Assembly (NCBI GenBank): GCA_038134595.1
Contig: JAYPVM010000006.1
Coordinates: forward strand, 101,864-165,863
Direction: 5' to 3'
DNA length: 64,000 nucleotides
From: Pseudomonadota bacterium
GTDB lineage: Bacteria; Bdellovibrionota_C; UBA2361; OMII01
The notes under the pieces are model-generated. The model made no database searches. It saw only the letters and a program-made list of their open reading frames with translations, and was not told where the DNA came from. The position numbers and the translations under genes were made by a program. Numbering within the stretch: the stretch's first letter is position 1; every line of letters begins with the position of its first letter. Shown piece after piece: positions 30,473 through 43,297 of the stretch.

Positions 30473-33400
30473 CTACAACAAGCCTTGTAAACTCTCTAAA
30501 GAGGTATGACTCATCTTGAAATCACTCTGTGATTTTGTAGCCTCCTCGGCTTCCTCTCCCTCAACTCTTACGTGACGAGAAGCGTATGCCTCAACTCCCG
30601 AGCCTGCTGGTATCAACCGACCCATGATAACGTTTTCCTTCAAGCCTCGAAGCTGATCGACACGGCCAGAAACAGACGCCTCCGTAAGCACCTTGGTTGT
30701 CTCTTGGAAGCTAGCTGCCGATATGAACGAATCAGTCGATAGCGCCGCCTTCGTAATTCCGAGCAGAAGCGGCTCGTAGGTAGCAGGTTGCCCACCGTTT
30801 GCCACAATCCGCTGATTTTCTTCCATAACCTTGAAACGCTCAACGCTATCGCCAACCAGGAAGTTACTATCACCGAACTCACTTATTTTGACTCGCTTCA
30901 ACATCTGTCGAACGATTACCTCGATATGCTTGTCGTCTATTCGCACACCTTGGAGCCGATATATCTCCTGCACTTCATTTACCAGATACGATGCTAAAGC
31001 AAACGTGCCGTCGATCTTGAGAATGTCATGTGGATTGATAGCTCCATCGGTCAGAACCTCTCCCGCTTTAACTCTATCTCCACGCTGCACCACTACATGT
31101 TTCGTCTTGGCAACGAGATACTCTCGTGGTTCTCCGAAATCTGGAACAACCAGAATTCGTCGCTTACCACGTGAATCCTCACCGAAATCAACAACGCCAT
31201 CTACGTCGCTGACCACCGCAGGATCCTTTGGCTTACGGGCTTCAAGAAGCTCAACTACCCGAGGAAGACCACCGGTAATATCCTTAGTCTTTGTAGTCGC
31301 TCGCTCACGCTTCGCAATAACATCACCTGCGTCAATATCTGAGTTGTGCTCTACTACTAAGCGCACACCGACTGGCAAGTTGTAGACTCGGGTATCCCCA
31401 TTCTCGCCATAAATAACGATCCGAGGTCGCAAGTCACTACTCTTGTCTTTTGCCTGAACGATCTCTCGCTCCACAAACCCTGTACGTTCATCAGTTCGCT
31501 CCTCCATCGTTGCTTCACTGACGTCTACCCATTCAACTCGTCCAGCAACGTCGCTCAATATAGGAATCGTAAACGGGTCCCACTCACTTAGAAGCTCCCC
31601 GGACTTAACCTCCTGACCTTCCTCTACTCGAAGTCGGGCACCGTATACGAGCTGATGTCTTTCTCGCTCACGCTCATCTGCTTGGTCGACAATAACAATG
31701 TCACTCTTACGGCTCATGACCACTGAGGATCCGTCTCGACGGCGCGCAAGACGCACTCCATCTAGCTGTACCTTCCCCGCATAACGAGCTTCCAAAGAAG
31801 TTGATTCTGCACGACCAAGAGCTGCACCACCGATATGGAACGTTCTCATGGTCAACTGTGTACCCGGCTCTCCGATAGATTGCGCTGCAATTACACCAAC
31901 AGCCTCACCGATATTAACGAGATGGCCACGAGCTAGGTCTCGTCCGTAACAGAGAGTACACACACCTTGCTGAGCTTCACAGGTCAAAACAGACCGAATT
32001 GAAACTGACTCAAGACCGGCATTAGCTATCTTCTGCGCTTGCTCCTCATCGATTTCTCGGTTTCGCTCGACAAGAACCTCGTTGGTAATCGGATCTCTGA
32101 TATCATCAGCAGTTACCCTACCCAAGATTCTGTTAGCCAAAGATTCGATCTCTTCTCCGCCTTCCACGAGAGGCTCCATCTGAAGCCCTTCAACGGTGCC
32201 GCAATCATACACGGTAACGATGCTATCTTGAGCAACGTCAACAAGCTTTCGAGTCAAATATCCAGAACTAGCAGTCTTCAACGCTGTATCCGCAAGACCC
32301 TTTCGAGCTCCGTGGGTTGATACAAAGTACTGAAGAACTGTTAGCCCCTCTCGAAGGTTCGCCTTAATAGGTTGTTCAATAATCGAACCATCCGGCTTAG
32401 CCATCAATCCTCTCATTCCACCCAGCTGTCGAATCTGCTGCGAAGAACCTCGCGCACCAGAATCTGCCATGATAAAGATTGGGTTAAATGACGGACCTCG
32501 TTTTGACTCTCCCGAAGCTTCGTCTTTAAACTCGGTCGAAGAGATAGTCTCCATCATATCGGTGGCGATTCTATCTCCCACATCAGACCAAATATCGATT
32601 ACCTTGTTGTATCGCTCTCCAACAGTCACAAGACCATCCCGATACTGACTATCGATCTCAGACACCTTAGAATCAGCCTCTTCTAATAAGCCACTCTTGG
32701 CATCTGGAATAACCATATCGTTAATTCCGATCGATATTCCGGATAACGTTGCAAAGAAGTATCCATTATCTTTAAGTTTATCAGCGAGAAGCACCGTAGC
32801 CTTGTTACCAGCAACACGGAAACACTCATCAATTAACTGTGAGATCTCCTTTTTCTTCATGACCTTGTTAAAGTGCTTAAACGACAACACTCGAGGACAA
32901 AGGTGGTAGAGAAGAACCCTTCCAACCGTTGTTGATTCAAGTGTTCCGTCAACACGGCACTTAATCTTGGCTTGAATGTGCGTCTCTCCAGACTGCCACG
33001 CCAACCAAACCTCATCAGAACTTGAGTACGCCTTGTTTTCTCCCGTCACATACGGTCGCTCTCGAGTCATATAATACAAACCGAGAACGATATCTTGCGA
33101 TGGAACGATAATCGGCTTACCATTGGCAGGGCTAAGGATGTTATTTGTAGACATCATTAGTACCCGCGACTCAACCTGCGCTTCAATCGAAAGCGGTACG
33201 TGTACCGCCATCTGGTCCCCGTCAAAGTCAGCATTAAACGCCGTACAAACAAGAGGATGTAGCTGAATAGCTTTTCCTTCTATGAGAATAGGTTCGAATG
33301 CCTGAATACCAAGCCTATGAAGCGTCGGCGCTCGGTTTAGAAGCACTGGATGCTCGCGAATTACCTCATCGAGAATATCCCAAACAACAGACTTCTCGTT

Positions 33401-34606
33401 CTCAACCATCTTCTTAGCGCTCTTGATCGTGGTTACGTACCCACGCTCTTCAAGCTTGTTGTAAATAAAGGGCTTAAACAACTCAAGTGCCATCTTCTTC
33501 GGTAGACCACACTGGTGGAGTCGAAGTTCAGGACCCACAACGATTACCGAACGGCCCGAGTAGTCAACACGCTTTCCAAGTAGGTTTTGACGGAATCGCC
33601 CACCCTTTCCTTTGAGCATATCACTAAGCGATTTCAGCGGTCGCTTGTTCGGACCAGTGATAGTTCGTCCGCGTCGACCATTGTCAAACAACGCATCAAC
33701 AGACTCCTGCAACATTCTCTTTTCATTACGAATGATGATATCCGGAGCATTTAACTCGAGCAGTCTCTTCAGACGATTGTTACGATTGATAACACGCCTG
33801 TAGAGATCATTAAGATCACTTGTTGCAAACCGGCCACCATCTAACGGAACCAAAGGTCGCAGGTCAGGCGGAATAACTGGAACAACACTTAGAATCATCC
33901 ATTCAGGTTTGTTTCCACTGACCTGAAAAGAGTGGAGAACCTTAAGACGCTTAGCCAATTTCTTCTTCTTTGCCTCGGATGCAACCTCACGCATCTCATC
34001 TCGAAGCTCGGCACAAAGAGGATCAACATCTATCGCTTGGAGAAGAAGAAGAACTGCCTCTGCACCCATTCCTGCGTCAAAAGATGCTCCATGCTCTTCG
34101 CGAGCGGCTCGATACTCGCGCTCATTGAGAAGCTCTCCCATTGTGAACTCGGTGTCCCCTGGGTCTGTAACCACATAGCTTTCAAAATAGAGCACCTTTT
34201 CGAGGTCTCTCAACGTAAGATCCAAGATATTTCCGATACGACTCGGCAAGCTCTTTAGGAACCAGATATGCGCAACTGGACACGCTAAATCTATGTGCCC
34301 CATTCGTTCACGACGAACTTTAGATTGGATAACCTCTACCCCACACTTTTCACATACCACACCACGGTGTCGTAGACGCTTGTACTTTCCACAGATACAC
34401 TCATAGTCCTTAACTGGACCGAATATCTTCGCACAGAAAAGTCCGTCACGCTCAGGCTTTAGAGTCCTGTAGTTAATAGTCTCGGGCTTTGTAACTTCCC
34501 CGAACGACCAGCCCCTTATCTTCTCAGGACTAGCCAGAGCAATCTTTAGAGCATTAAACTTGATTGGATTTTTAGGTCGCTCAAACAAATTAAATAAATC
34601 GTCCAT
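30473..34606 (-). CDS. rpoC: RNA polymerase beta' subunit
   Basis: [12 protein letters not shown] catalytic motif, N-terminal Zn-finger and [13 protein letters not shown]. Confidence 0.99.
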   Translation of the reverse strand: MDDLFNLFERPKNPIKFNALKIALASPEKIRGWSFGEVTKPETINYRTLKPERDGLFCAKIFGPVKDYECICGKYKRLRHRGVVCEKCGVEVIQSKVRRERMGHIDLACPVAHIWFLKSLPSRIGNILDLTLRDLEKVLYFESYVVTDPGDTEFTMGELLNEREYRAAREEHGASFDAGMGAEAVLLLLQAIDVDPLCAELRDEMREVASEAKKKKLAKRLKVLHSFQVSGNKPEWMILSVVPVIPPDLRPLVPLDGGRFATSDLNDLYRRVINRNNRLKRLLELNAPDIIIRNEKRMLQESVDALFDNGRRGRTITGPNKRPLKSLSDMLKGKGGRFRQNLLGKRVDYSGRSVIVVGPELRLHQCGLPKKMALELFKPFIYNKLEERGYVTTIKSAKKMVENEKSVVWDILDEVIREHPVLLNRAPTLHRLGIQAFEPILIEGKAIQLHPLVCTAFNADFDGDQMAVHVPLSIEAQVESRVLMMSTNNILSPANGKPIIVPSQDIVLGLYYMTRERPYVTGENKAYSSSDEVWLAWQSGETHIQAKIKCRVDGTLESTTVGRVLLYHLCPRVLSFKHFNKVMKKKEISQLIDECFRVAGNKATVLLADKLKDNGYFFATLSGISIGINDMVIPDAKSGLLEEADSKVSEIDSQYRDGLVTVGERYNKVIDIWSDVGDRIATDMMETISSTEFKDEASGESKRGPSFNPIFIMADSGARGSSQQIRQLGGMRGLMAKPDGSIIEQPIKANLREGLTVLQYFVSTHGARKGLADTALKTASSGYLTRKLVDVAQDSIVTVYDCGTVEGLQMEPLVEGGEEIESLANRILGRVTADDIRDPITNEVLVERNREIDEEQAQKIANAGLESVSIRSVLTCEAQQGVCTLCYGRDLARGHLVNIGEAVGVIAAQSIGEPGTQLTMRTFHIGGAALGRAESTSLEARYAGKVQLDGVRLARRRDGSSVVMSRKSDIVIVDQADERERERHQLVYGARLRVEEGQEVKSGELLSEWDPFTIPILSDVAGRVEWVDVSEATMEERTDERTGFVEREIVQAKDKSSDLRPRIVIYGENGDTRVYNLPVGVRLVVEHNSDIDAGDVIAKRERATTKTKDITGGLPRVVELLEARKPKDPAVVSDVDGVVDFGEDSRGKRRILVVPDFGEPREYLVAKTKHVVVQRGDRVKAGEVLTDGAINPHDILKIDGTFALASYLVNEVQEIYRLQGVRIDDKHIEVIVRQMLKRVKISEFGDSNFLVGDSVERFKVMEENQRIVANGGQPATYEPLLLGITKAALSTDSFISAASFQETTKVLTEASVSGRVDQLRGLKENVIMGRLIPAGSGVEAYASRHVRVEGEEAEEATKSQSDFKMSHTSLESLQGLL

Positions 34607-34652
34607 GTGTCTCCCTTACATTTTGAAACTAGTGATCGGCGCTGCCGTCTTC

Positions 34653-37600
34653 TTAGACGGCAGCCAGCGTTTGGGTATCCTCCTCGTTCGATGGAGCCTC
34701 TACCTCGATAGCACCCTCGCTCTCCTCTACGAGCTCAACATCGAGGCACAGAGATTTTAACTCCTGCATCATCACGTTAAATGATTCAGGTAATCCTGGC
34801 TCAAGGACATGCTCTCCCTTCACGATCGACTCATACATTCGAGTTCTTCCAGCGACATCATCAGATTTTACCGTCAAGAACTCTTGTAGAGTGTAGGCTG
34901 CACCGTATGCCTCAAGCGCCCACACTTCCATCTCTCCGAGTCTCTGACCTCCAAACTGCGCCTTACCACCGAGTGGTTGTTGCGTCACGAGTGAGTATGG
35001 GCCAATAGAACGGGCGTGAATCTTGTCGTCGACCAAATGGTCTAACTTCAGCATATACATCACACCAACCGTTGCACGCTCTAAGAAAGCTTCTCCGGTG
35101 CGACCATCATATAACTGCACCTTCGCATCCTCAGGCGCTCCGACAAACCGCAACAGATCTTTAATCTCAGACTCCTTTGCCGCATCAAAAACCGGAGTAG
35201 CAAACCTAATGCCTGGCATTTGTCGAATAGCCAACTCGATGAGGTCATCATCGGAAAGCGTATCAACGAACTTGGCATGATCACTGTCTTTGTATGCTGT
35301 CAGAAGCACATTGCGTATCTCTGCTATAGTTTCTTTACGGAACTCGGGAGTTGCCTCGGCTCTTGCTACACCAGTCAAAGGATCGATGATTGAGTCAACG
35401 AGCTGACCTATCCTTCGACCAAGAAGGTAGGAAGCCCAACCCAAATGCGTCTCAAGAATTTGTCCAACGTTCATTCGAGAAGGCACACCTAACGGATTTA
35501 ACACCATATCCACTGGGGTTCCATCTGCGAGGTACGGCATATCTTCTTGCGGTAATACGCGGGATAATACCCCCTTATTACCGTGACGACCCGCCACCTT
35601 ATCACCAACTTGAATCTTCCGCTTGCTTGCCACGAAGACTTTAACCATCTTGATAACGCCAGGGGCGAGTTCATCTCCCTCTTTCAGACGCTCAATTTTT
35701 TCATTTAGGTATGCACGCTTGTTGTTAATCAACTGGCCGGTGTTCATTACCACCTTGTTGATTTGCTCCTGAAGCGCTTCGTCGCCAACCTGAATATCTC
35801 GGAGGTATTCGAACGGCACTGCTCGAAGAATCTCTTCCGAAAGCACAACTCCTTTCGCAACTAGCTCAGCACGCTTGTCATCTACAAGTCTTGCTGTAGT
35901 TGTCTTACCGGAAAGAGCTTCGATAATACCCTTAAGAGCCGCATCCCTTAGAATGTTGATCTCATCCCGCTGATCTTGCTCCAATCTTGCAATATCACGA
36001 TTCTCAAGGGCGATTGTTCTTTCGTCTTTGTCTGTTCCCTTTCGAGAGAAAACTTGGGCCGAAATAATCGTACCCTCTACTCCTGGAGGTAGCTTCAAGC
36101 TGCTATCTCGAACTTCGCCAGCCTTCTCACCAAAGATAGCTCGTAAAAGCTTCTCTTCTGGGCTCAATTGAGTCTCACTCTTTGGAGTGATTTTTCCCAC
36201 GAGAATATCACCAGGTGACACCTCAGCTCCAACGCGGATGATCCCTGATTCATCAAGATTCCTTAAGGCATCTTCGCCCACGTTCGGAATGTCACGCGTG
36301 ATCTCCTCCTTTCCGAGTTTTGTATCACGTGCGATACACTCAAATTCCTCAATATGCACCGAAGAAAATACATCCTTCTTCACCAGGTTCTCACTGATAA
36401 GAACAGAGTCCTCGAAGTTGTATCCGTTCCACGGCATAAACGCGACCAAACAGTTCTGACCGAGTGCTAGCTCTGCCATATCCGTACTTGGTCCATCTGC
36501 GATAACTTCACTCGCTCCAATCTTCTCACCAGCCCGAACAATCGGACGCTGCGTGATACATGTATTTTGATTTGAACGTCGGTACTTGACCAACTTGTAC
36601 ACATCTACACCTGTATCCAACGGATCATCTGAGACCTTATCAGCCTTAATAACGATTCGCTCCGACTCAACCGACATGACTGTACCAGCACGCTTGGCTA
36701 AAACTGTGGCACCAGAATCATGTGCAACCACACGCTCCATGCCAGTTCCTACCAGCGGCGCCTGCGCTGTCAAGCACGGCACGGCCTGTCGTTGCATGTT
36801 CGATCCCATCAATGCACGGTTAGCGTCATCATTCTCCAAAAACGGAATCAACGATGCAGCGACACTCACAATTTGCTTCGGACTTACATCTAATTTCGAT
36901 ACCTCTTCTGGTGGCACTAGCAGATACTCACCGTTCTTCCGAACAGGTACGCCAGCATCAGTCATCGAACCATCATCCGCTACATTTACAATAGCGGGCG
37001 CTATAGTCTCCCGCTCCTCTTCAAGTGCGGAGAGATAAACGATATCCGTAGTCACTTTATGGTTGTTATCAATAACCCTATATGGCGTCTCGATAAAGCC
37101 AAACTCATTGACGCGTGCGTAAACCGCTAACGATGAAATAAGTCCGATATTTGGACCCTCTGGCGTCTCAATCGGACAGATTCGACCGTAGTGAGTAGCA
37201 TTAACGTCTCGAACTTCGAAACCAGCCCTGTCACGAGTCAAACCACCTGGGCCCAAAGCTGAAAGACGTCGCTTATGCGTCACCTCTGAGAGAGGATTGG
37301 TCTGATCCATAAACTGCGACAACTGAGAGGATCCAAAGAACTCCTTAACAACCGCAGCAACCGGCTTGTAGTTAATAAGATCTTGCGGAACCAACGTATC
37401 GATATCTTGCATACCCATACGCTCCCGTACTGCCCGCTCCATTCGAACAAGACCTATACGGTATTGATTCTCAATTAACTCACCAACAGCTCGAACACGC
37501 CGATTCCCGAGGTGGTCAATATCGTCCACCGAATGTCGCTGAGGATCACTTGCGTTCCTTAACTCCAAAAGATACCGAACGGTTTCCTTAATATCTTCTG

Positions 37601-39110
37601 GAGAAAGAACACCTTGATCCATCGGAGGGGCTTCACGGCCCTGAGAGATATAGAGCTTGTGATTTAATTTATACCGCCCGATATCAGATAAATCATACCT
37701 GTCAGCGTTGAAGAAAAGATTTTTAAACGTAGCTTGCGCCGTTTCTGGTCTCGGAGGATCTCCCGGCCGAAGTCTGCGATATATTTCAATTAAACTTTCA
37801 ACAGCTGGCTTTCCTGCCAATCTCGTAAAGAGAGTACTCTCAGCCGACATCTTATCAGATATTAAGGTTTTCCAGAGCGCATCACCAATATGAGCATCAT
37901 CAAGATAGAGGACTCGGAGTCGGTCTAATCCTAATTCACGCTGAGCTGAAATATTTCCTTTCTCAACAATCTCTCCCTTGGCGTTAACCTTATCAGTTGT
38001 AAGCTCGTCTCCAGCATAAACGATGACTTGAAACTGCTCTGAAAGTGCAACCGCATCCTTCTCATCGAGTTCAAGAATAGCTCCACCAACTCGCTCTCGG
38101 ATAATATCCCAACCGATAAGAACCTCGCCCTGTTCCGCGATCATCTCACCCGTCTTCGGGTTCACCACATCTTCGGTGGCCTGAATCACTGTCTCCGCAG
38201 CAATCATACCCACAACCGAGTCAGGGGAAATCTCTACCTCTGAAACACCGGCTTCTCTGAGACGGCGAATTACGGCTTTATTGAACTTACCGCCTTGCTT
38301 AACCAAGGTCTTACCATCAGCCTTAATCTCTCGGAACGCTCTCTGACCATCGAGCTGTTCAGGATTAAATTCTTTGGTAACCGCGCCTCGCTTACCAAAT
38401 GCGATAGTGTCTGTCCTGTAGTACGACGATAGAATATCGTCCTCAGACATACCAAGCGCCCGGAGCAGTACTGTAGCGTTTAGCTTTCTTCTGCGGTCTA
38501 TTCGAACATGTAGGATATCTTTAACATCGAATTCTAAGTCGATCCACGATCCGCGATATGGAATCACCCGGGCTGAGTAAAGAAGCTTCCCAGACACGTG
38601 ACTCTTTCCGCTGTCATGGTCAAAGAAAACACCTGGCGAACGATGCAGCTGACTTACGATAACTCTTTCAGTACCGTTAATGATGAACGTACCCCGCTCC
38701 GTCATCAAAGGAATCTCTCCGAAATAAACAACATCCTCTTTGAGGGCACTTAAATGACGAGCGCCCGTGTCAGGATTGACATCCCACAGAACCAACTGAA
38801 TCGTGACACGCAAAGGTGCAGCCCACGTCATGCCTCTATCGCGACACTCATCCATGTCGTACTTTGGGGTTCCAAGGTTGTAAGAAACAAACTCAAGAGA
38901 CGCGGTGTTGTTGTAATCTCTAACAGGAAAAACAGACTTAAAGACTTTCTGAAGACCTATATCTTCTCTCTTTGCTGGTTCGACGTTCGACTGCAAAAAC
39001 CGCTCATAGGAGCTTTTCTGGATACCGATAAGGTTCGGCATCTCTGCTAATTCACCAATTTTGGAATAGTTTTTACGAAGGCGGAGGTTAGTTTTGATCT
39101 TTGATGTCAT
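34653..39110 (-). CDS. rpoB: RNA polymerase beta subunit
   Basis: [33 protein letters not shown] and [19 protein letters not shown]. Confidence 0.99.
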   Translation of the reverse strand: MTSKIKTNLRLRKNYSKIGELAEMPNLIGIQKSSYERFLQSNVEPAKREDIGLQKVFKSVFPVRDYNNTASLEFVSYNLGTPKYDMDECRDRGMTWAAPLRVTIQLVLWDVNPDTGARHLSALKEDVVYFGEIPLMTERGTFIINGTERVIVSQLHRSPGVFFDHDSGKSHVSGKLLYSARVIPYRGSWIDLEFDVKDILHVRIDRRRKLNATVLLRALGMSEDDILSSYYRTDTIAFGKRGAVTKEFNPEQLDGQRAFREIKADGKTLVKQGGKFNKAVIRRLREAGVSEVEISPDSVVGMIAAETVIQATEDVVNPKTGEMIAEQGEVLIGWDIIRERVGGAILELDEKDAVALSEQFQVIVYAGDELTTDKVNAKGEIVEKGNISAQRELGLDRLRVLYLDDAHIGDALWKTLISDKMSAESTLFTRLAGKPAVESLIEIYRRLRPGDPPRPETAQATFKNLFFNADRYDLSDIGRYKLNHKLYISQGREAPPMDQGVLSPEDIKETVRYLLELRNASDPQRHSVDDIDHLGNRRVRAVGELIENQYRIGLVRMERAVRERMGMQDIDTLVPQDLINYKPVAAVVKEFFGSSQLSQFMDQTNPLSEVTHKRRLSALGPGGLTRDRAGFEVRDVNATHYGRICPIETPEGPNIGLISSLAVYARVNEFGFIETPYRVIDNNHKVTTDIVYLSALEEERETIAPAIVNVADDGSMTDAGVPVRKNGEYLLVPPEEVSKLDVSPKQIVSVAASLIPFLENDDANRALMGSNMQRQAVPCLTAQAPLVGTGMERVVAHDSGATVLAKRAGTVMSVESERIVIKADKVSDDPLDTGVDVYKLVKYRRSNQNTCITQRPIVRAGEKIGASEVIADGPSTDMAELALGQNCLVAFMPWNGYNFEDSVLISENLVKKDVFSSVHIEEFECIARDTKLGKEEITRDIPNVGEDALRNLDESGIIRVGAEVSPGDILVGKITPKSETQLSPEEKLLRAIFGEKAGEVRDSSLKLPPGVEGTIISAQVFSRKGTDKDERTIALENRDIARLEQDQRDEINILRDAALKGIIEALSGKTTTARLVDDKRAELVAKGVVLSEEILRAVPFEYLRDIQVGDEALQEQINKVVMNTGQLINNKRAYLNEKIERLKEGDELAPGVIKMVKVFVASKRKIQVGDKVAGRHGNKGVLSRVLPQEDMPYLADGTPVDMVLNPLGVPSRMNVGQILETHLGWASYLLGRRIGQLVDSIIDPLTGVARAEATPEFRKETIAEIRNVLLTAYKDSDHAKFVDTLSDDDLIELAIRQMPGIRFATPVFDAAKESEIKDLLRFVGAPEDAKVQLYDGRTGEAFLERATVGVMYMLKLDHLVDDKIHARSIGPYSLVTQQPLGGKAQFGGQRLGEMEVWALEAYGAAYTLQEFLTVKSDDVAGRTRMYESIVKGEHVLEPGLPESFNVMMQELKSLCLDVELVEESEGAIEVEAPSNEEDTQTLAAV

Positions 39111-39518
39111 AGGTAAGTGACTCTAACAGCAGCTGTCCCTCTTCAACTTAAAAGAAAGTCAAACTGCTAAATGACCTGCCTACCAACTATGCCTGTCGAC
39201 AACACACGCCCGACTAGCTTAGAGGTAAACCGTTTTCGGTCTCCACGCACACCGTAACTTGGAAGAAACTACCAACTTCTCGACACCTTGTCTCCTTATG
39301 CTTGCTCGGTAGAGCAAAACGACAAAGGGTTCTTATGGTGTCAAAAAAGAGGACAAGCAAAACTCCAAAGCTTGGGGCAAATGGCTACCAACTTCAGTTA
39401 AACGAGCGCCCTACGTATTCCCATAACTTCGAGTCTATTCGGCAAACCCAAAGCTACAAGTGCTACCAGCGCGGTCGCATAATAGGACAATTATTCGACC
39501 AAGAAAACCCCTTGAGCG

Positions 39519-39577
39519 AAAAAATCGGATGCTCCCTGCCACCCCTTTTTGAAGGGCCAACAGGGAACACTCGTCCT
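39519..39577 (-). terminator. Terminator/attenuator between rplL and rpoB
   Basis: Minus-strand hairpin UGUUCCCUGUU..CCCUU/AAGGG..GGCAGGGAGCA followed by UCCGAUUUUUU. Confidence 0.65.
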
Positions 39578-39596
39578 ATTTAGGTAGTAATATCTA

Positions 39597-39992
39597 CTAC
39601 TTGAGAGAAGCCTTGGCTCCAGCCTCTGTGAGCTTCTTAAGAAACTCCTCAGCTTCTGCCTTAGCAACGCCCTCTTTAACAGTCTTTGGAGCTCCGTCAA
39701 CGAGATCCTTAGCCTCTTTAAGACCAAGACCGGTAATCTCTCGAACTACCTTGATCACTTTAACTTTCTCTGCTCCTGCGCTCTCAAGCGAGATGGCGAA
39801 CTCTGTTTGCTCTTCAGCAGCACCAGCGCCACCAGCTGCTGGCGCTCCGCCTGCAACCATAGCTACTGGAGCAGCAGCGCTAACACCGAGCTCCTCTTCC
39901 AACTGCTTGACCATCTTGGCAGCGTCCATCAAGGACAATCCCTTGATATAATCTACAACGCCTTCGAACGTATATCCTGAGGCTTCAGACAT
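39597..39992 (-). CDS. rplL: 50S ribosomal protein L7/L12
   Basis: [15 protein letters not shown] and [19 protein letters not shown]; start ATG 39992 after AAGGAG. Confidence 0.98.
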   Translation of the reverse strand: MSEASGYTFEGVVDYIKGLSLMDAAKMVKQLEEELGVSAAAPVAMVAGGAPAAGGAGAAEEQTEFAISLESAGAEKVKVIKVVREITGLGLKEAKDLVDGAPKTVKEGVAKAEAEEFLKKLTEAGAKASLK

Positions 39993-40060
39993 GGTTTTAC
40001 TCCTTATTCTAACGACACAACTAAAATTAACTAGTTTTACCCTGACCAACTACTCCTATA

Positions 40061-40618
40061 TTAGGCAACAGCTGACTCTTCTCCTCCGAGCTTCTTGCGG
40101 TAAGCCTCCACACAGCGAGCAACCTGCGTGCCTGGTTCAGACAAGAGTCTGACCATACGCGTAGCCGGCTCGTTCATGAGGCTTAGCAACATAGCAAACG
40201 TCTCTTCCCTGCCTGGCATCAATGCTAATGATTCCACTCCAGCAGGGTCGACAAACGCGCCATCCAACCAACACCCTTTCACTCGAAATTTCTTATGAGT
40301 TTTAGCAAACTTCGCTAAAACCTTCGTTGGTGCAATCGGATCTTCATCACAGGTTACAACCATAGTTGGTCCCGTAATAATATCCAAAAATCTTCCAACT
40401 TCATCTTTATCAGCTTCTGCCGTGAACTGATTCACAGCAAGCTTCGTCAATGTGTTCTTAACAACTCGCGCTTGCGAATTAGCCTTCCGCAACTCTCCGC
40501 GGAGCTCAGTAACCTCTGCAACAGTCAGACCTAAATAGTCTACACACACCGCAACTTGAGATTCCTTAAACCGATTGACTATCAGATCGGTTTCGGCTTG
40601 TTTTTCTGCTCTGTCCAT
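40061..40618 (-). CDS. rplJ: 50S ribosomal protein L10
   Basis: DYLGLTVAEVTELR and VVKNTL; synteny. Confidence 0.97.
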   Translation of the reverse strand: MDRAEKQAETDLIVNRFKESQVAVCVDYLGLTVAEVTELRGELRKANSQARVVKNTLTKLAVNQFTAEADKDEVGRFLDIITGPTMVVTCDEDPIAPTKVLAKFAKTHKKFRVKGCWLDGAFVDPAGVESLALMPGREETFAMLLSLMNEPATRMVRLLSEPGTQVARCVEAYRKKLGGEESAVA

Positions 40619-40663
40619 TTAACTTCCCCTCTGCGAGATATTCTAATTCCTGGGCCCCATTTA

Positions 40664-41362
40664 CTATCGAAGCGGTGCCACATCCAATGCAACTCCTGGC
40701 CCCATCGTCAACGCCAAAGTCGCACCTTTCAGATAAACCCCCTTGCTCGTCGCAGGCTTTGCGCGATTAACCGCCTGCAAAAGTGCTTGCGCGTTATCCA
40801 GCAACTTTTCAGAGCCAAACGAAGCCTTCCCGATAGCAGCGTGAATAATACCCGCTTTATCAACTCGATACTCTGCCCGGCCTGCCTTCACAGCTTTGAC
40901 GGTTTCTCCGACATCAAATGTTACCGTACCAACCTTTGGAGATGGCATTAAGCCACGAGGACCCAAAAGCTTACCAACCTTACCAACTTGAGCCATCATG
41001 TCAGGAGTAGCGACAACGCTGTCGAAGTCAAAGAATCCACCCTTGATCTTCTCAACAAGGTCATCTCCCCCAACTAAATCTGCCCCTGCATCTGTAGCCT
41101 CTTGTACTTTTTCACCCTTGGCAAACACCAACACTCGAACCTCTTTACCTAAGCCGTGCGGAAGAGAAATAGATCCCCGAATGTTTTGGTCAGCCTTCTT
41201 CGGATCAACTCCGAGCCTGATAGCCAATTCGACTGTCTCATCAAACTTCGCTGAAGCCGTTTCAACGACAGCACCACAACCCTCTTGAAGAGAATACAAC
41301 TTCTTAGCATCAACTTTTGCTCGTTGTGCCTGTAACCGCTTTCCGTCTTTCTTAGCTGCCAT
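40664..41362 (-). CDS. rplA: 50S ribosomal protein L1
   Basis: [19 protein letters not shown] and [11 protein letters not shown]. Confidence 0.98.
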   Translation of the reverse strand: MAAKKDGKRLQAQRAKVDAKKLYSLQEGCGAVVETASAKFDETVELAIRLGVDPKKADQNIRGSISLPHGLGKEVRVLVFAKGEKVQEATDAGADLVGGDDLVEKIKGGFFDFDSVVATPDMMAQVGKVGKLLGPRGLMPSPKVGTVTFDVGETVKAVKAGRAEYRVDKAGIIHAAIGKASFGSEKLLDNAQALLQAVNRAKPATSKGVYLKGATLALTMGPGVALDVAPLR

Positions 41363-41530
41363 AACTATCTACTACTAAAAACAAATCTTACCTTACTAAG
41401 CTCTACAACCAACCATGGCATAGAGCCTCTCATTTCAAACTGCGTTACGTTTAATTCCTCGTCCTTTGGGGCGGTCGCTCGAAAGCCCCTCAGCCTATGG
41501 ATTAACGCATCATAAGTCAATACCAAGCCC

Positions 41531-41956
41531 CTATTTGCTTACATCAACTCCCATACTTCGCGCCGTTCCAGCTACGATCTTAAATGCTGCTTCCTCATCG
41601 TAACAATTGAGGTCGACCATCTTAAGCTTTGCTATCTCCATGACCTGCTCCTTGGAGATCCTTCCAACCTTATCCTTGTTAGGAACTGATGACCCTTTTT
41701 TGAGCTTCAAGGCCTTCTTAATCAAATAAGAAACCGGAGCAGTCTTGATTTCGAAAGTAAACGATCGGTCCTTGTAAACTGTAATTACAACAGGAACAAC
41801 CTCACCCTGCTGCTTCTGAGTCTTAGCATTAAACTGCTTGCAGAAGTCCATGATGTTAACACCGTGCTGACCCAAAACCGGACCAATCGGAGGAGCTGGA
41901 TTAGCGGCTCCACCCGTAACTTGCAACTTGATATAACTCGTAATCTCCTTAGCCAT
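41531..41956 (-). CDS. rplK: 50S ribosomal protein L11
   Basis: [26 protein letters not shown] and GTARSMG. Confidence 0.98.
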   Translation of the reverse strand: MAKEITSYIKLQVTGGAANPAPPIGPVLGQHGVNIMDFCKQFNAKTQKQQGEVVPVVITVYKDRSFTFEIKTAPVSYLIKKALKLKKGSSVPNKDKVGRISKEQVMEIAKLKMVDLNCYDEEAAFKIVAGTARSMGVDVSK

Positions 41957-42009
41957 TTACCACCTCGTACTACGTATAATTCCTTGTAAAACTATCTATC
42001 AAAACAAAT

Positions 42010-42669
42010 CTAGCACTTCTCGATTTGCATAAAATCAAGCTCAACTGGCGTGGCTCGCCCAAATATGCTGATAAGCACCTTGACCTTACCCTTGTCAGGC
42101 CGAACCTCCTCGATGGTCCCATTAAACTCTGCAAACGGGCCGTCGATGACCTTAACGGCATCGCCTTGCTCAAAATTCATCTTAGCTCTTGGAGAAGCAG
42201 CGCCCTCTTCAACTTGCGTAAAGATTCTATCTACCTCTTCTTGCGACATCGGCACCGGGCTCGTTGCGTCACCTACAAAACCGTTTATTTTCGGCGTTTC
42301 CTTGACCAAGTGCCACGTTTCTTCGTTCATAACCATTTGAACGATAATGTACCCAGGGAAAAATTTTCTAGTCGATGTCTTCTTCTGACCCTTAACAAGC
42401 TCAACCACCGTCTCCTGAGGGACATGCACCTCTCCGAACACATCGGTAAGGTTGTTTAAGCGAATTCGCTCCTCAAGCGCCTGCTTAGCCTTGGACTCAA
42501 AACCAGCATAGGCCTGCACCACATACCAGTGCATGTTAGGCTTATCCACCTGCTCACTGCTAGCTGCCCCAGATTCTACCTGCGCGGCTTGCGCCTCTAT
42601 GGCATCTGCCTGCTCAGCGTCTTTCTGCTCAGTATCAGTATCTTTCTGCTCAGTATTTGTTGATTCCAT
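42010..42669 (-). CDS. nusG: Transcription termination/antitermination factor NusG
   Basis: WYVVQAYAGFE, FFPGY, KOW domain GDAVKVIDGPF and IFGRATPVEL. Confidence 0.98.
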   Translation of the reverse strand: MESTNTEQKDTDTEQKDAEQADAIEAQAAQVESGAASSEQVDKPNMHWYVVQAYAGFESKAKQALEERIRLNNLTDVFGEVHVPQETVVELVKGQKKTSTRKFFPGYIIVQMVMNEETWHLVKETPKINGFVGDATSPVPMSQEEVDRIFTQVEEGAASPRAKMNFEQGDAVKVIDGPFAEFNGTIEEVRPDKGKVKVLISIFGRATPVELDFMQIEKC

Positions 42670-42791
42670 ATCGTTTTCTCTAAAATGCTAGGCGAGTCAC
42701 TAGCTCTGCTTCGACCCTACTTTACTCGGTCCGCATTGCCCGTGAGCATTGCTTCTTTGTTACTTTCGAAACCCCTTTTTCAAGGGCTCCC

Positions 42792-43013
42792 CTAGCCAAT
42801 CATCTTAGCCATTAACCAGTTGAAAACCAAGTCCATGACGAAAAGACACATTGAGATAAATACAATAATCATCACCACTACTCCAGTTAACCTAATGGCC
42901 TCCTGGCGAGTAGGAGTTTGAACCTTCTTTAACTCCTCAACACTGCTAGAAACATAGTCAGTGCCACGAGAAATCACAGAAGCCGATGTTGTATCAGAGG
43001 ACTTACCGCCCAT
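42792..43013 (-). CDS. secE: Preprotein translocase subunit SecE
   Basis: EELKKVQTPTRQE plus one TM helix; immediately upstream of nusG. Confidence 0.93.
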   Translation of the reverse strand: MGGKSSDTTSASVISRGTDYVSSSVEELKKVQTPTRQEAIRLTGVVVMIIVFISMCLFVMDLVFNWLMAKMIG

Positions 43014-43297
43014 CTCAAAATCCCTAAATAAATCAACTAGTTCTCAACAAAAGAAGCATCTATTGCTTAGACCCAAGCGCTACCAACGCCTTGATTCTAA
43101 CGGCACCGAGGGGAGTAGCCTCAGTACACACAACAGTAAGAGAGAACAATCTACACACCGCAGGGGTCCTTACTATATTCTTGCAACCCTCCCACGTGTG
43201 ACGCCAGACCGTAACAGATTTAACTGATTTGGGCAAACCTTGTACTCAAAATATCGCCAATTTTTAAGGCGAACACCTCTAAGAGGCGCGTTGTTCT

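Noticed and set aside
37255..37340. Rifampicin-resistance substitutions in RpoB cluster I
   Set aside because: [26 protein letters not shown] keeps the usual sensitive-type Q, D, H and S residues.
30640..39050. Many 60-180 aa ORFs antisense to or overlapping rpoBC (and similar ones over other genes)
   Set aside because: Shadow ORFs of long conserved genes, with no motifs or RBS support.
43095..43125. Possible attR remnant of the tRNA-Trp 3' end upstream of secE (minus strand ACTCCCTCGGTGCCGT)
   Set aside because: Similarity to TTCCCTCCGACCGT is too short and too gapped to distinguish from chance.
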